Origin: Candidatus Jacksonbacteria bacterium RIFOXYB2_FULL_44_15
GTDB lineage: Bacteria; Patescibacteriota; Patescibacteriia; UBA9629
Length of the DNA stretch: 64,000 nucleotides
Direction of reading: 5' to 3'
Assembly (NCBI GenBank): GCA_001818235.1
Contig: MHJY01000005.1
Span: forward strand, 19,277-83,276
This document shows positions 7,791-17,394 of this stretch, one piece after another. Made by a program: the position numbers and the translations under genes. Every line of letters begins with the position of its first letter. Positions within the stretch are counted from its first letter, which is position 1. The notes under the pieces are model-generated. The model saw only the letters and a program-made list of their open reading frames with translations. It did no database searches and had not been told where the DNA came from.

Positions 7791-9107
7791 ATGTCATCAC
7801 TTCTTATTAAAAACGCCACATTAGCCAGCGGCCAAATCGTCAACATCTTTATCAAAGACGGGTTGATTTATGATATCGGTAACAAGTCGCCGTTGTGTGA
7901 TCAAAAAATCGATGCCCAAGGGCAATCAATAATTCCTGGGGTGATTGATCCACACGTTCATTTTCGCGTGCCAGGGGCTGAATATAAAGAAGATTGGCAA
8001 ACCGGCTCAAAAGCGGCGGTGGCTGGCGGTGTCACCACTGTTCTGGATATGCCAAATAACCAGCCAGCCATCACAACTCAAAAAACCTTAGATCAAAAAC
8101 GTCGTTTAATCAAAAATCAAAGTTACGTTAATTATGGTTTGTATCTTGGCGCGACTGCGTCAAATTTAAATGAACTCAAAACGGTTTCAGGCATCGCTGG
8201 AGTTAAAGTTTATTTAGGCAGTACGACCGGTGATTTGTTGGTCACAGATTACCAAATAGTTGAGGAAATTTTAGCTGAGACAAATCAAATAATCGCTTTT
8301 CATAGCGAGGACGAAGAGTGCATCAAGCAATTTTCAATTTTCCCACCAAGAAGGCGGGCAGGCAATTTTCAATTTTCAAACATAGCGAAGCGGCACAATC
8401 AACTACGTCCAGAAGAGTGTGCGGAAAAATCAACCGGCAAAATCATTGAGTTAGTAAAAAAAACCAAAAAGCGCGCTTATATTTGCCATGTTTCCGGTCA
8501 AAAAGAAATCGAGCTGATTAGGCAAGCCAAAGATCAAAAGTTACCGATATACGCGGAAGCTTCGCCGCATTATTTATTTTTAAATACGCAGTCAGCCATT
8601 GATTTAGGCAATTTCGCCAAAGTTAATCCGCCGATTCGTTCGGAAGTGTCCCAGCAAGCTCTCCAGCTGAGTCTTTCAAGCGGCTTAATTGATACCATTG
8701 GCTCTGATCACGCGCCGCATACCAGGGAAGAAAAAGAGGTTGATTACGCCCAAGCGCCGGCTGGCGTCCCAGGGGTTGAGACATCATTGTCCTTGATGCT
8801 AAATCTGGTCAATCAGGGGGCGATTACTTTGGCCAGACTGGTCGAGTTGATGTGTTCCACACCGGCGGATATTTTTAAAATAAGCAAGCGCGGAAAAATT
8901 GAACCCGGTTATTTTGCGGATTTGGTTTTAGTTGATCTTAAGTTGACTTATGAGGTTAAAAACAGTAAACTGTATAGTAAATGCGGGTGGTCGCCGTTTT
9001 CCGGCAGGCATTTAAAAGGCGTTCCGATGGCGGTGATTGTCGGTGGCCGATTAGTTTATCAAAAAGGGAAAATATTTGGGCCGCCCGGCGGATGCGAGGT
9101 TTTTTGA
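7791..9107 (+). CDS. pyrC: Dihydroorotase
   Basis: PGVIDPHVHFR, DMPNN, KVNPPIR, GSDHAPH, SKCGWSPF; start set at MSSLLIK. Confidence 0.9.
   Translation: MSSLLIKNATLASGQIVNIFIKDGLIYDIGNKSPLCDQKIDAQGQSIIPGVIDPHVHFRVPGAEYKEDWQTGSKAAVAGGVTTVLDMPNNQPAITTQKTLDQKRRLIKNQSYVNYGLYLGATASNLNELKTVSGIAGVKVYLGSTTGDLLVTDYQIVEEILAETNQIIAFHSEDEECIKQFSIFPPRRRAGNFQFSNIAKRHNQLRPEECAEKSTGKIIELVKKTKKRAYICHVSGQKEIELIRQAKDQKLPIYAEASPHYLFLNTQSAIDLGNFAKVNPPIRSEVSQQALQLSLSSGLIDTIGSDHAPHTREEKEVDYAQAPAGVPGVETSLSLMLNLVNQGAITLARLVELMCSTPADIFKISKRGKIEPGYFADLVLVDLKLTYEVKNSKLYSKCGWSPFSGRHLKGVPMAVIVGGRLVYQKGKIFGPPGGCEVF
8328..8380 (+). repeat. CAATTTT heptamer array interrupted by a 21-bp GGCAGG-type element, in frame in pyrC
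   Basis: caattttcaattttc[ccaccaagaaggcgggcaggc]aattttcaattttcaaa. Confidence 0.85.
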
Positions 9108-9178
9108 TCTAAATTTTTCAAGTAAAATTTGCGGAAGCAGGGGACTGGCAACCGTGGCTTTTGTAAATTAATTTTTTT

Positions 9179-9553
9179 ATGATGAAAAAAATTTTAATCG
9201 TCGAGGACGAGCAAAGCCTGTTAAAATTGCTGGAGTTGAATTTTAAGAGTAGCGGTTACGAGGTATTTAAAGCGATCAACGGTGAAGAAGCCTTTGCCGT
9301 GGCGATGCGCGAGCAACCCAATTTAATCCTCTTGGATATTCTTCTCCCCGGCGAAAGCGGGATTAACGTTTTGGAGCGTCTAAAGAAAAACGAGAAGACA
9401 AAAGCCATTCCGGTCGTAATGCTTACCAATTTTAACGAGCCGGAAAGGATCGAACAGGCGAGAAAGAAAGGGGCGGTTGATTATTTAGTTAAAAGCAGTA
9501 ATGATCCATCAACGGTTCTGGAAAAAGTTAAGAAATATTTGGAAGAAGAATAA
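9179..9553 (+). CDS. Single-domain response regulator (receiver)
   Basis: ILIVEDE, LILLDILLP, MLTN, DYLVK. Confidence 0.9.
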   Translation: MMKKILIVEDEQSLLKLLELNFKSSGYEVFKAINGEEAFAVAMREQPNLILLDILLPGESGINVLERLKKNEKTKAIPVVMLTNFNEPERIEQARKKGAVDYLVKSSNDPSTVLEKVKKYLEEE

Positions 9554-9555
9554 TT

Positions 9556-9954
9556 ATGAAGGACAATTGGTATGTGGTTTTACTATGGCTTTCCGGTGCG
9601 ATCAGTTGGTTGCTTTTTGGCGCAGTGGTAATTTTTATCGGACCGGACGAATTGGGCATTTGGAGCAGATTTTTATTTTTGGTTACCAGCACCTTGGCAA
9701 ATTTTACTTTTTGGCTTATAATCCTTTATTATTTACGCGTTAAACTGCTCCGCTTCCAACCGGTTTTTCGACAATTTCATATCATTTTTCGGGAAAGTAT
9801 TTTGCTGGCCGGGTTATTTGCGGCAAGTTTATGGCTTTCACATTATGGTCGAATGAGTTTTTTTTATTTTTTGCTGATGTTTTTAATTATAGCGGGGATT
9901 GATCTGTTTTTTATTCTTTCTTATGACCAGCGACGTTATAAAAAAATTAAATAA
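9556..9954 (+). CDS. Hypothetical membrane protein (about 4 TM segments)
   Basis: Four hydrophobic stretches; packed between the response regulator and pheS. Confidence 0.7.
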   Translation: MKDNWYVVLLWLSGAISWLLFGAVVIFIGPDELGIWSRFLFLVTSTLANFTFWLIILYYLRVKLLRFQPVFRQFHIIFRESILLAGLFAASLWLSHYGRMSFFYFLLMFLIIAGIDLFFILSYDQRRYKKIK

Positions 9955-10981
9955 AATTTACGCTGAAGCACTGGAAGAGGTGGGTAAAGGCAAGTTGTAT
10001 GCGCAGCGTAGAGTAGAATTGGAAATCAAATACCTTGGCCGAAAGGGTAAACTTAATGATGTCTTCAAAGAGATGGCGGTTTTAAGTGATAGCGCCAGAA
10101 AAGAAGTAGGCGTTTTGGCCAATAAATTAAAAAGTGATTTAAAATTGCAGTTGGGGCAGGCGCAGTTGCAGAACAAAAAAAGTGCCACGACTATAACTTT
10201 TGACGAGACAATCCCCGGCGCTCGGCCAAAGATCGGCAGTTTGCATCCGATAACGCAATTTTTGGAACGGATCATGGCTGTTTTTAGCACGCTCGGTTTT
10301 GAAATCGTCGAAGATCGCGAGGTGGAAACGACTGTTTATAACTTTGATAAATTAAATATTGCCTTCGACCACCCGGCCCGCGATATGTGGGATACGTTTT
10401 ATATAAAAATAAAAAATAAAAAAGAAAAAATAAAAAATAAGGAAGAATCATCTCTGGTTTTGCGGACGCATACTTCGCCGGTGCAAATTAGGGCGATGGA
10501 AAAACGCCGGCCGCCGGTTCGCTTGGTGGTGCCCGGGCGCGTTTACCGCCACGAAGCCACAGACGCTTCCCACGAGACTAATTTTTATCAATTAGAAGGA
10601 CTGGTAATTGACCGCAATATCTCGGTTGCGAACATGATATATGTTTTACACACGGTGTTGAAGCAATTATTTGGAGATAAAGTCAAGATTCGCATTCGAC
10701 CAAGTTTTTTCCCTTTTGTTGAGCCAGGCCATGAGGTGGATATGAGTTGTATTATTTGTGAACAAAAAGGTTGTTCGGTTTGTAGCGGCACTGGTTGGCT
10801 GGAAATGCTGGGCGCTGGCATGGTTCACCCGGTAGTTTTAAAGAATATGAAAGTCGATCCTGATAAATATTCTGGCTTTGCTTTTGGCATGGGCGTTGAT
10901 CGGCTAATAATGCTATATCACGGGATTAACGACATTCGATTGTCGTATTCCGGTGATTTGCGTTTTCTCAAACAGTTTTAA
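9923..10981 (+). CDS. pheS: Phenylalanine-tRNA ligase alpha subunit
   Basis: HPARDMWDTFY, LRTHTSPVQ, FPFVEP, GFAFGMGVDR. Confidence 0.97.
   Translation: MTSDVIKKLNKIYAEALEEVGKGKLYAQRRVELEIKYLGRKGKLNDVFKEMAVLSDSARKEVGVLANKLKSDLKLQLGQAQLQNKKSATTITFDETIPGARPKIGSLHPITQFLERIMAVFSTLGFEIVEDREVETTVYNFDKLNIAFDHPARDMWDTFYIKIKNKKEKIKNKEESSLVLRTHTSPVQIRAMEKRRPPVRLVVPGRVYRHEATDASHETNFYQLEGLVIDRNISVANMIYVLHTVLKQLFGDKVKIRIRPSFFPFVEPGHEVDMSCIICEQKGCSVCSGTGWLEMLGAGMVHPVVLKNMKVDPDKYSGFAFGMGVDRLIMLYHGINDIRLSYSGDLRFLKQF
10404..10440 (+). repeat. AAAAAAT heptamer array in frame in pheS
   Basis: Non-A bases at 10410, 10417, 10424, 10431, 10438 (period 7); reads KIKNKKEKIKNK. Confidence 0.75.
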
Positions 10982-10998
10982 ATCAATTTTGTTATTTT

Positions 10999-13368
10999 AT
11001 GAAGCTTTCATTAAATTGGTTAAAAGATTACATTAATTTAAACATTTCGCCCTCAGAGTTGGCGGAGAAATTAACGTTGTCTGGGACAGCTGTTGAGAGC
11101 ATTGAGCAATGCGGCAATCCTTATCAGCAAGTTATAGTCGGGGAAATTGTTGAAATAAAGCCGCATCCCAAAGCGGATCGTTTAAAGCTGGTGGAAGTAA
11201 ATGACGGCGCGCGTGAACGGACGATTGTCTGCGGTGCTTCTAACATCATGGCCGGACAAAAAGTTCCGCTCGCATTGCCGGGAGCCGAGTTGCCAAGTGG
11301 GGTAATTATTAAAACCGCGGAAATTAGGGGGCAGGTATCAGAGGGAATGCTATGTAGTAAAAAAGAGCTTGGTCTAGGCGAAGACCACACTGGCATATAT
11401 ATTTTACCAAATAAGGCACGGGTTGGTTGTCCTTTGGCCGAAGTCCTTGGAGTCGGCGAGCTGGATACAGTTTTTGATTTAGATTTAACGCCTAATCGAG
11501 GCGACTGTTTTAGTGTTCGCGGAATTGCCCGTGAAGTAGCCGCCATCACTAATACTAAAATTAGAAAGAAATTGGATAAACTCCAACTTAAGGCTAAAAA
11601 AAATTCACTTAAGGGTTTATTGAAAATTAAGGTGGAAGATCAAAAATTGTGCCCTAAATATTGCGCTCTAATTATTCGAAACGTTAAAATTAGCGAATCG
11701 CCTGACTGGCTAAAACGCCGTCTGGAAGCGGTTGGAATTAGGCCAATTAACAATATCGTCGACATCACCAATTATGTAATGATGGATTTGGGCCAGCCTT
11801 TGCACGCATTTGATTTGTCAAAAATTAAAAAAAATAAACAGGTTTCTGCAACAATTGGCGTGCGCCCTGCTATAACAGGAGAAAGTATTATCACTTTAGA
11901 CGGTCAAAATAGAAAGTTAGAGCCAGGAATGGTCGTTATTACTGACGGAGTAGAGCCGATCGCCGTTGCCGGTGTAATGGGCGGCGCATCCACCGAAGTC
12001 GGGCCTGATACCAAGACAATTGTTTTGGAAGCGGCTATCTTTGAACCTTCTGCCATCCGCCTTAGCTACCGAAATTTAGGATTACGAACCGAAGCGGCCA
12101 TCCGGTTTGAAAAGGGGATTGACTGGTCTTTGCCGGAACAAGCTCTGGCCATGGCCGGGCAGTTGCTGAGTGAGCTTAAAGCAGGCACTGTGAGTTCGCC
12201 GATTATCGTGCAAGCTACCCCCGAGAAAGCGCCTTCAGCAATAAAAGTCAGAGTTGATTATCTTAATCGGCTATTGGGAACAGATTTTAGCCGTGAGCAA
12301 ATTAGCCGCTCTTTGGCACGTTTAGACATCAAAAGCAGTCCGGCCAAGAGCGATAAAGGCTCAGTTCTTGATGTCGTACCCCCTTCTTGGCGGAAAGATT
12401 TAACAATTGCCGCTGATATTGCCGAAGAAATCGGGCGATTGCATGATTACAATAAAATTATTCCGCTTCCAATTTGCGCTGAAGTTTGCCAACCGGCGGC
12501 TAATCAACCGTATCAACAGAAATATGAGGCAAAACAGATTCTTAAATTTATCGGTTACAGCGAGATTTACACTTATTCTTTTTACGGAGAAGACGAAGCT
12601 TCTTTTCTGCCGGACGTTGGACATTTGGAGGTCTTAAATCCAATCAGTCCAGCGCAGAAATATTTGCGCTATTCTTTGTTGCCTTTGATATTGCGAAAAG
12701 CTTCAAAAAATTTGCGGCAATTGGAAAGCATCAAAATTTTTGAATTAGGCACGATTTTTAAAGATGCGCGCGACGCTATCTTGCCTCGGGAAGAGACTTA
12801 TCTTGCCGGGGCGGTTGCCGATAAAACAAAAGACATAAAAACTTTATTTCGAAGGCTTAAGGGTGATTTAGAAATATTATTTGATGAGTTTGGCGTTAAA
12901 CAAATTAGCTACGAAAAAACTGATAATTACGTTGATTTAATGATCGGCAATAATTGGTTAGGCCAGATCAAAATTCTCGGAGAAAGAGAAAAGGTCATTT
13001 TTAAAATTAAACAAGACATGCTGTTATTTAATTTAAATTTTGGGATAATAAGCAGTTTAATTGATGAACAAAAAAAATATACAGTCTTGCCGGCTTATCC
13101 GAGCGTTACCAGAGATCTGAGTTTTTTGGTTCCAGAAGACCTTAAATATAAAGATTTAATAAAAAGCATTTTAACCGGGGCAACTAGCATTTCCCATGTC
13201 GATTTAGTGGATGAATATTATTTGCCGGACCGCAGTCGCAGTTTAACTTTAAGGTTTATTTATCAAAGCCAGAGTCAAACTTTGCAAGGAGAAGAAGTCG
13301 ACAAAATTGAGAAATCGATTATTGCTAACTTAGTGAATAAATGGGGTGTTAAAATGCGCAACGCATAA
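10999..13368 (+). CDS. pheT: Phenylalanine-tRNA ligase beta subunit
   Basis: HPKADRL, TPNRGDC, RPINNIVDITNY, RFEKG, EEIGRL. Confidence 0.97.
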   Translation: MKLSLNWLKDYINLNISPSELAEKLTLSGTAVESIEQCGNPYQQVIVGEIVEIKPHPKADRLKLVEVNDGARERTIVCGASNIMAGQKVPLALPGAELPSGVIIKTAEIRGQVSEGMLCSKKELGLGEDHTGIYILPNKARVGCPLAEVLGVGELDTVFDLDLTPNRGDCFSVRGIAREVAAITNTKIRKKLDKLQLKAKKNSLKGLLKIKVEDQKLCPKYCALIIRNVKISESPDWLKRRLEAVGIRPINNIVDITNYVMMDLGQPLHAFDLSKIKKNKQVSATIGVRPAITGESIITLDGQNRKLEPGMVVITDGVEPIAVAGVMGGASTEVGPDTKTIVLEAAIFEPSAIRLSYRNLGLRTEAAIRFEKGIDWSLPEQALAMAGQLLSELKAGTVSSPIIVQATPEKAPSAIKVRVDYLNRLLGTDFSREQISRSLARLDIKSSPAKSDKGSVLDVVPPSWRKDLTIAADIAEEIGRLHDYNKIIPLPICAEVCQPAANQPYQQKYEAKQILKFIGYSEIYTYSFYGEDEASFLPDVGHLEVLNPISPAQKYLRYSLLPLILRKASKNLRQLESIKIFELGTIFKDARDAILPREETYLAGAVADKTKDIKTLFRRLKGDLEILFDEFGVKQISYEKTDNYVDLMIGNNWLGQIKILGEREKVIFKIKQDMLLFNLNFGIISSLIDEQKKYTVLPAYPSVTRDLSFLVPEDLKYKDLIKSILTGATSISHVDLVDEYYLPDRSRSLTLRFIYQSQSQTLQGEEVDKIEKSIIANLVNKWGVKMRNA

Positions 13369-13384
13369 CTTTCGATAAATTTTT

Positions 13385-15496
13385 ATGGCGGAAGTAATTT
13401 CTGAAAGCAAGGCTCGATTAGAACGTCTTAAGAAAATTAAAGAACAGGGGATTAATCCTTACCCGGCTTCGACTTGTCGGACTCACCAGATCGCTGAGGC
13501 AGTGGCGAGTTTTGAACACTTGCTGGCGGCCGGGAACGAACTGGTTTTAGCTGGCCGGCTTTTAGCTTTACGGGATCATGGCGGTTCGACATTTGCTGAT
13601 TTAAATGATGGCAGTGGGCGTATACAGCTGTATTTAAAAAAGGATGAGATTGCCGGGGGGTTAAATTATCAGGATTTTTTAGATTTGATTGATCTGGGTG
13701 ATTTTGTCGAGGTCAAAGGTATTTTGTTTGTTACCAAAAAACAAGAGAAAACGCTTTTGGTAAAATCTTGGCGCTTGCTTTGTAAGGCTTTGCGGCCATT
13801 GCCTTCCCAGTGGTATGGTTTAAAGGACGCGGAAACCCGCTATCGGCATCGCTATTTAGATTTTTTGTTAAATCCGGAACTTAAAGAAGTATTTAACCGA
13901 AAGATGTTGTTCTGGAACAGTATGCGAAATTTTTTGATTGAACGCGGTTTTGTCGAGGTTTATACTCCGATATTGGAAAATACGACCGGCGGGGCAGACG
14001 CTCGGCCATTTGTTACTCATCACAATGCTTTAGGCGTTGATGTTTATTTGCGAATTTCGATGGGTGAATTATGGCAAAAGCGGCTGATGGTGGCTGGTTA
14101 CCCGAAAACTTTTGAAATCGGCCGGCAATTTAGAAACGAGGGCATTGATGCAGATCATTTGCAGGACTATTTGCAAATGGAGTATTATTGGGCTTATGCT
14201 GATTATATTCAAGGCATGCAGTTGACTACAGATTTGATTCGCCAGGTCGCACTTGCAACATTCAAAACATTGGTTTTTAATATCAATGGACAAGAAGTTG
14301 ATCTGGGACAAGACTGGCAAAAAATTGATTTTTACGCGGAGATTAAAAGGCAGACTGGTTTAGATCTTCGTACTGCCGCAACTGCGGAGATTCAAGCAAA
14401 ATTACGGGAATTAAATCTTGATTTCGAAGACACTGCCGAGCCGAGCCGACTGTGGGATCAATTATGGAAATATTGCCGCCGGCAAATTGTCGGACCGGCT
14501 TATTTAATCAATATTCCTGTTTTGATTTCGCCGTTGGCTAAACGCAGTGAATCAGATCCCGACGTAACGCAAAGGTTTCAACTAATTTTGGCTGGCAGTG
14601 AATTGTGCAACGGTTACAGCGAGCTGAACGATTCCCTGGATCAGCGCGAGCGATTTTTGGAGCAAGCTAAATTGCGAGCCGCCGGCGATGAAGAAGCCCA
14701 GATGAATGACGAGGAATTTATCGAAGCTTTGGAGTATGGAATGCCGCCAGTTTGCGGGCTGGGTATCTCGGAGCGATTGTTTAGTTATTTGGAAGGCAAG
14801 TCAATCCGCGAATGCGTGATGTTTCCTTTGTTGCGTCCAGTGGGATCAAATATCGAACCACCGGCATTAATTAACCCCAAAGTAACGTCAAAAAGCGCTC
14901 CCGGTGATATCGGCGTAACCCGCGAGCAGGCGCTGGCGCTATTGCGTTCTAACATCAAGAGTGCTAGTTTAATAAAACATCATTTAGCGGCTGAGGCGCA
15001 AATGGCGGCGTTAGCCAGACATTTTTTAACTACCGAGAAACATCATCAGGAGTTTATCGATCCAGAGGCCTGGGCGATGGTCGGTCTTTTACATGACATT
15101 GATTGGGAGTTAACGGCAAAAAAACCCAAAGAACATAGCCTAGCTGCCGCTCAGATTTTGCAAGAAAATAACTTTCGGCCTGATCTTGTCCGAGCAATTC
15201 GGTTGCATAATCATCTGCATGGCGAAGAGCCCCAAACTTTGCTGGAAAAAGCACTTTTCTGCGCGGAAGAATTAACCGGTTTAGTGGCGGCGGCGGCGTT
15301 AGTTCAGCCTGATCGGAAATTAGCAACAGTAACCGTTGAGTCGGTGTTAAAAAAGTTTAAAGACGCATCTTTCGCGCGGGGCGTAAATCGGGAAATAATT
15401 TTAAGATGCCAAGCGTATTTAGAGTTGGATGTACGTCAATTAATCGATTTGACGATTAGGGCAATGCAATCGATTGCTGGCGTGTTGGGACTTTAA
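13385..15496 (+). CDS. lysS: Class II lysine-tRNA ligase with fused C-terminal HD-superfamily domain
   Basis: RYRHRYLD, GGADARPF, YLRIS, FRNEG, YGMPP ending FPLLRP; then about 190 aa with HHLA...GLLHDIDWE...HS...HNH...AEELTG. Confidence 0.93.
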   Translation: MAEVISESKARLERLKKIKEQGINPYPASTCRTHQIAEAVASFEHLLAAGNELVLAGRLLALRDHGGSTFADLNDGSGRIQLYLKKDEIAGGLNYQDFLDLIDLGDFVEVKGILFVTKKQEKTLLVKSWRLLCKALRPLPSQWYGLKDAETRYRHRYLDFLLNPELKEVFNRKMLFWNSMRNFLIERGFVEVYTPILENTTGGADARPFVTHHNALGVDVYLRISMGELWQKRLMVAGYPKTFEIGRQFRNEGIDADHLQDYLQMEYYWAYADYIQGMQLTTDLIRQVALATFKTLVFNINGQEVDLGQDWQKIDFYAEIKRQTGLDLRTAATAEIQAKLRELNLDFEDTAEPSRLWDQLWKYCRRQIVGPAYLINIPVLISPLAKRSESDPDVTQRFQLILAGSELCNGYSELNDSLDQRERFLEQAKLRAAGDEEAQMNDEEFIEALEYGMPPVCGLGISERLFSYLEGKSIRECVMFPLLRPVGSNIEPPALINPKVTSKSAPGDIGVTREQALALLRSNIKSASLIKHHLAAEAQMAALARHFLTTEKHHQEFIDPEAWAMVGLLHDIDWELTAKKPKEHSLAAAQILQENNFRPDLVRAIRLHNHLHGEEPQTLLEKALFCAEELTGLVAAAALVQPDRKLATVTVESVLKKFKDASFARGVNREIILRCQAYLELDVRQLIDLTIRAMQSIAGVLGL

Positions 15497-15572
15497 TTTT
15501 TATCACAATACTTAATTACCAAAAATTCTGGTGCTACTTCTGACTTAATCAAGTTGGATAACGGCAGAGTTT

Positions 15573-15833
15573 ATGGTCAAAAAAATGAAGAAGATTCTTA
15601 CTCTCGCAGCTATCACTTTATTGTTAACTGCTTGTACCGCGACGGTACCAAAAACAGACGATGCTAATCCAACGTCAGAGCAAACTGGGGAAGTGGTGAA
15701 TCCGGAAACTGCTGATACTTTACCAGTAGTGGAAGAAGCGCCAGTCGGCACAGGCGAAGAGGTAATCGAACCGGCCATTCCGACAGAAGAAACCAATTCT
15801 TTAGAAAGTCCAACCGGTGAAGTAACGCCGTAA
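15573..15833 (+). CDS. Small acidic lipoprotein
   Basis: MKKIL...LLLTAC lipobox followed by an E/P/T-rich tail. Confidence 0.7.
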   Translation: MVKKMKKILTLAAITLLLTACTATVPKTDDANPTSEQTGEVVNPETADTLPVVEEAPVGTGEEVIEPAIPTEETNSLESPTGEVTP

Positions 15834-15881
15834 AAGTTTATAAGGGTAAGAAATTAGCAACGTTTAATAAAGATTCTTAAA

Positions 15882-16553
15882 ATGAAAAAATTAATTGTCT
15901 TATTTTTTTGTATTATGTTACTAACTGCTTGCGCCAAAACTTTGCCTGAGTCCAGTTCTTCGACTCCGCAAGATAACTTGGCCACCGGGGAACGGGCAGT
16001 GCCGGCAATTACACCTCCGAGCGCGGAAGTTTTGTTGCCGCCGACCCCCGAAGACGTTGCCGCCTTGCCAAAGCAAGTCAATGTGACTTTAGTTACCAAT
16101 CAAGGCAATATCGAGATTCAATTGTTGCCGGAAAAGTCGCCCTTAGCTGTTGCAAATTTTTTAAAGCTTGCGAACAGTAGATTTTATGACGGAGTTAAGT
16201 TTCATCGGGTAATTCCGGATTTTATGATTCAAACCGGCGACCCGAATTCTAAAGATCGGGACCCGGCCAACGACGGCAGGGGGGGGCCAGGTTATCAATT
16301 TCCAGACGAAGTAACCGCTGATGACCAATTGGTTCGCGGTACGGTGGCGATGGCGAATGCAGGTCCAAATACTAATGGTAGCCAATTTTTTATCGTTACT
16401 GCCGAAAGCACACCTTTGTTAAACGGACAGTATACTATTTTTGGCAAAGTTACCTCTGGCCAAGATGTAGCGGAAAAAATTTCCCAAGTGGAGCGCAACG
16501 AACAAGACCGGCCAGCGCAGGATATCGTGATTTCGCAGATAGTGGTAAAATAA
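15882..16553 (+). CDS. Lipoprotein cyclophilin-type peptidyl-prolyl isomerase
   Basis: LLTAC lipobox; FHRVIPDFMIQTGDP, MANAGPNTNGSQFFI. Confidence 0.92.
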   Translation: MKKLIVLFFCIMLLTACAKTLPESSSSTPQDNLATGERAVPAITPPSAEVLLPPTPEDVAALPKQVNVTLVTNQGNIEIQLLPEKSPLAVANFLKLANSRFYDGVKFHRVIPDFMIQTGDPNSKDRDPANDGRGGPGYQFPDEVTADDQLVRGTVAMANAGPNTNGSQFFIVTAESTPLLNGQYTIFGKVTSGQDVAEKISQVERNEQDRPAQDIVISQIVVK

Positions 16554-16557
16554 GTTA

Positions 16558-17376
16558 GTGAGTAATCAAAAACTAAACCCGATATACGGTATGTTTGGTA
16601 TAGCCAAGTCGGTAATTATTATCATGGTAGTAGCAAGCCTGTCAGCTTGCTCCTTGCCTTTTTTGAAAAAGGCACCACCAGAAGCTTCTGGGGCAGAGTA
16701 TTTCCCGCCAACCAAAGAAGAAGTCGCGGCTTTAGATCAATTCGAAGAAATTAGAGCGACTATTCGGGTAATGGATCTGGGAAGTATTACTGTCCAATTG
16801 ATGCCAGAAAAAGCTCCAGTGGCCGTTGCCAATTTTATCAAGTTGGCAAAAGCGAACTTTTATAACGGGATAAAGTTTCACCGAGTTATTAAGGGTTTTA
16901 TGATTCAGACAGGGGACCCTAATTCCAAAGACAGCGATTCAACGGACGATGGTTTAGGCGGTCCTGGGTATACGTTTCCCGCGGAAATTATTCCAGAAGA
17001 AAGCGTGGTTCGCGGCACTTTGGCGATGTCCAGCGACAGCGCATCAACAAATAACGGTAGCCAATTTTTTATTATTTTAACCGAAAGTGCGCCTTGGCTA
17101 GAAGGACGCTATACGGTCTTCGGCCGGGTGACGCAGGGATTTCAGGCGGCCGATAATGTCGCCATGGTGCCGACTGATGGGAGCGGCCGTCCGCTTTCGG
17201 ACGTGGTGATTTCTTCGATCGTTATTGATGCGGTTGATGCGAATAAGTGGCAAGACAAGGTTGGGGAAGATCTCAAGAATTTGGAAAAAAATCCCGCGTC
17301 AAAAAATGCTACAGGCACTACAAACCAAACAACTCCCAAAAAGAATCCTCTATTTGATTTCGGCGGTATAAAATAA
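16558..17376 (+). CDS. Second lipoprotein cyclophilin (tandem paralog)
   Basis: LSAC lipobox; FHRVIKGFMIQTGDP, NGSQFFI; start may be ATG 16591. Confidence 0.9.
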   Translation: MSNQKLNPIYGMFGIAKSVIIIMVVASLSACSLPFLKKAPPEASGAEYFPPTKEEVAALDQFEEIRATIRVMDLGSITVQLMPEKAPVAVANFIKLAKANFYNGIKFHRVIKGFMIQTGDPNSKDSDSTDDGLGGPGYTFPAEIIPEESVVRGTLAMSSDSASTNNGSQFFIILTESAPWLEGRYTVFGRVTQGFQAADNVAMVPTDGSGRPLSDVVISSIVIDAVDANKWQDKVGEDLKNLEKNPASKNATGTTNQTTPKKNPLFDFGGIK

Positions 17377-17394
17377 AAGAGGATAACAAAATTT

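Noticed and set aside
9105-9107. Alternative genetic code (UGA as Gly or Trp)
   Set aside because: TGA ends pyrC and aspS at their expected C-termini, and conserved genes are uninterrupted under code 11
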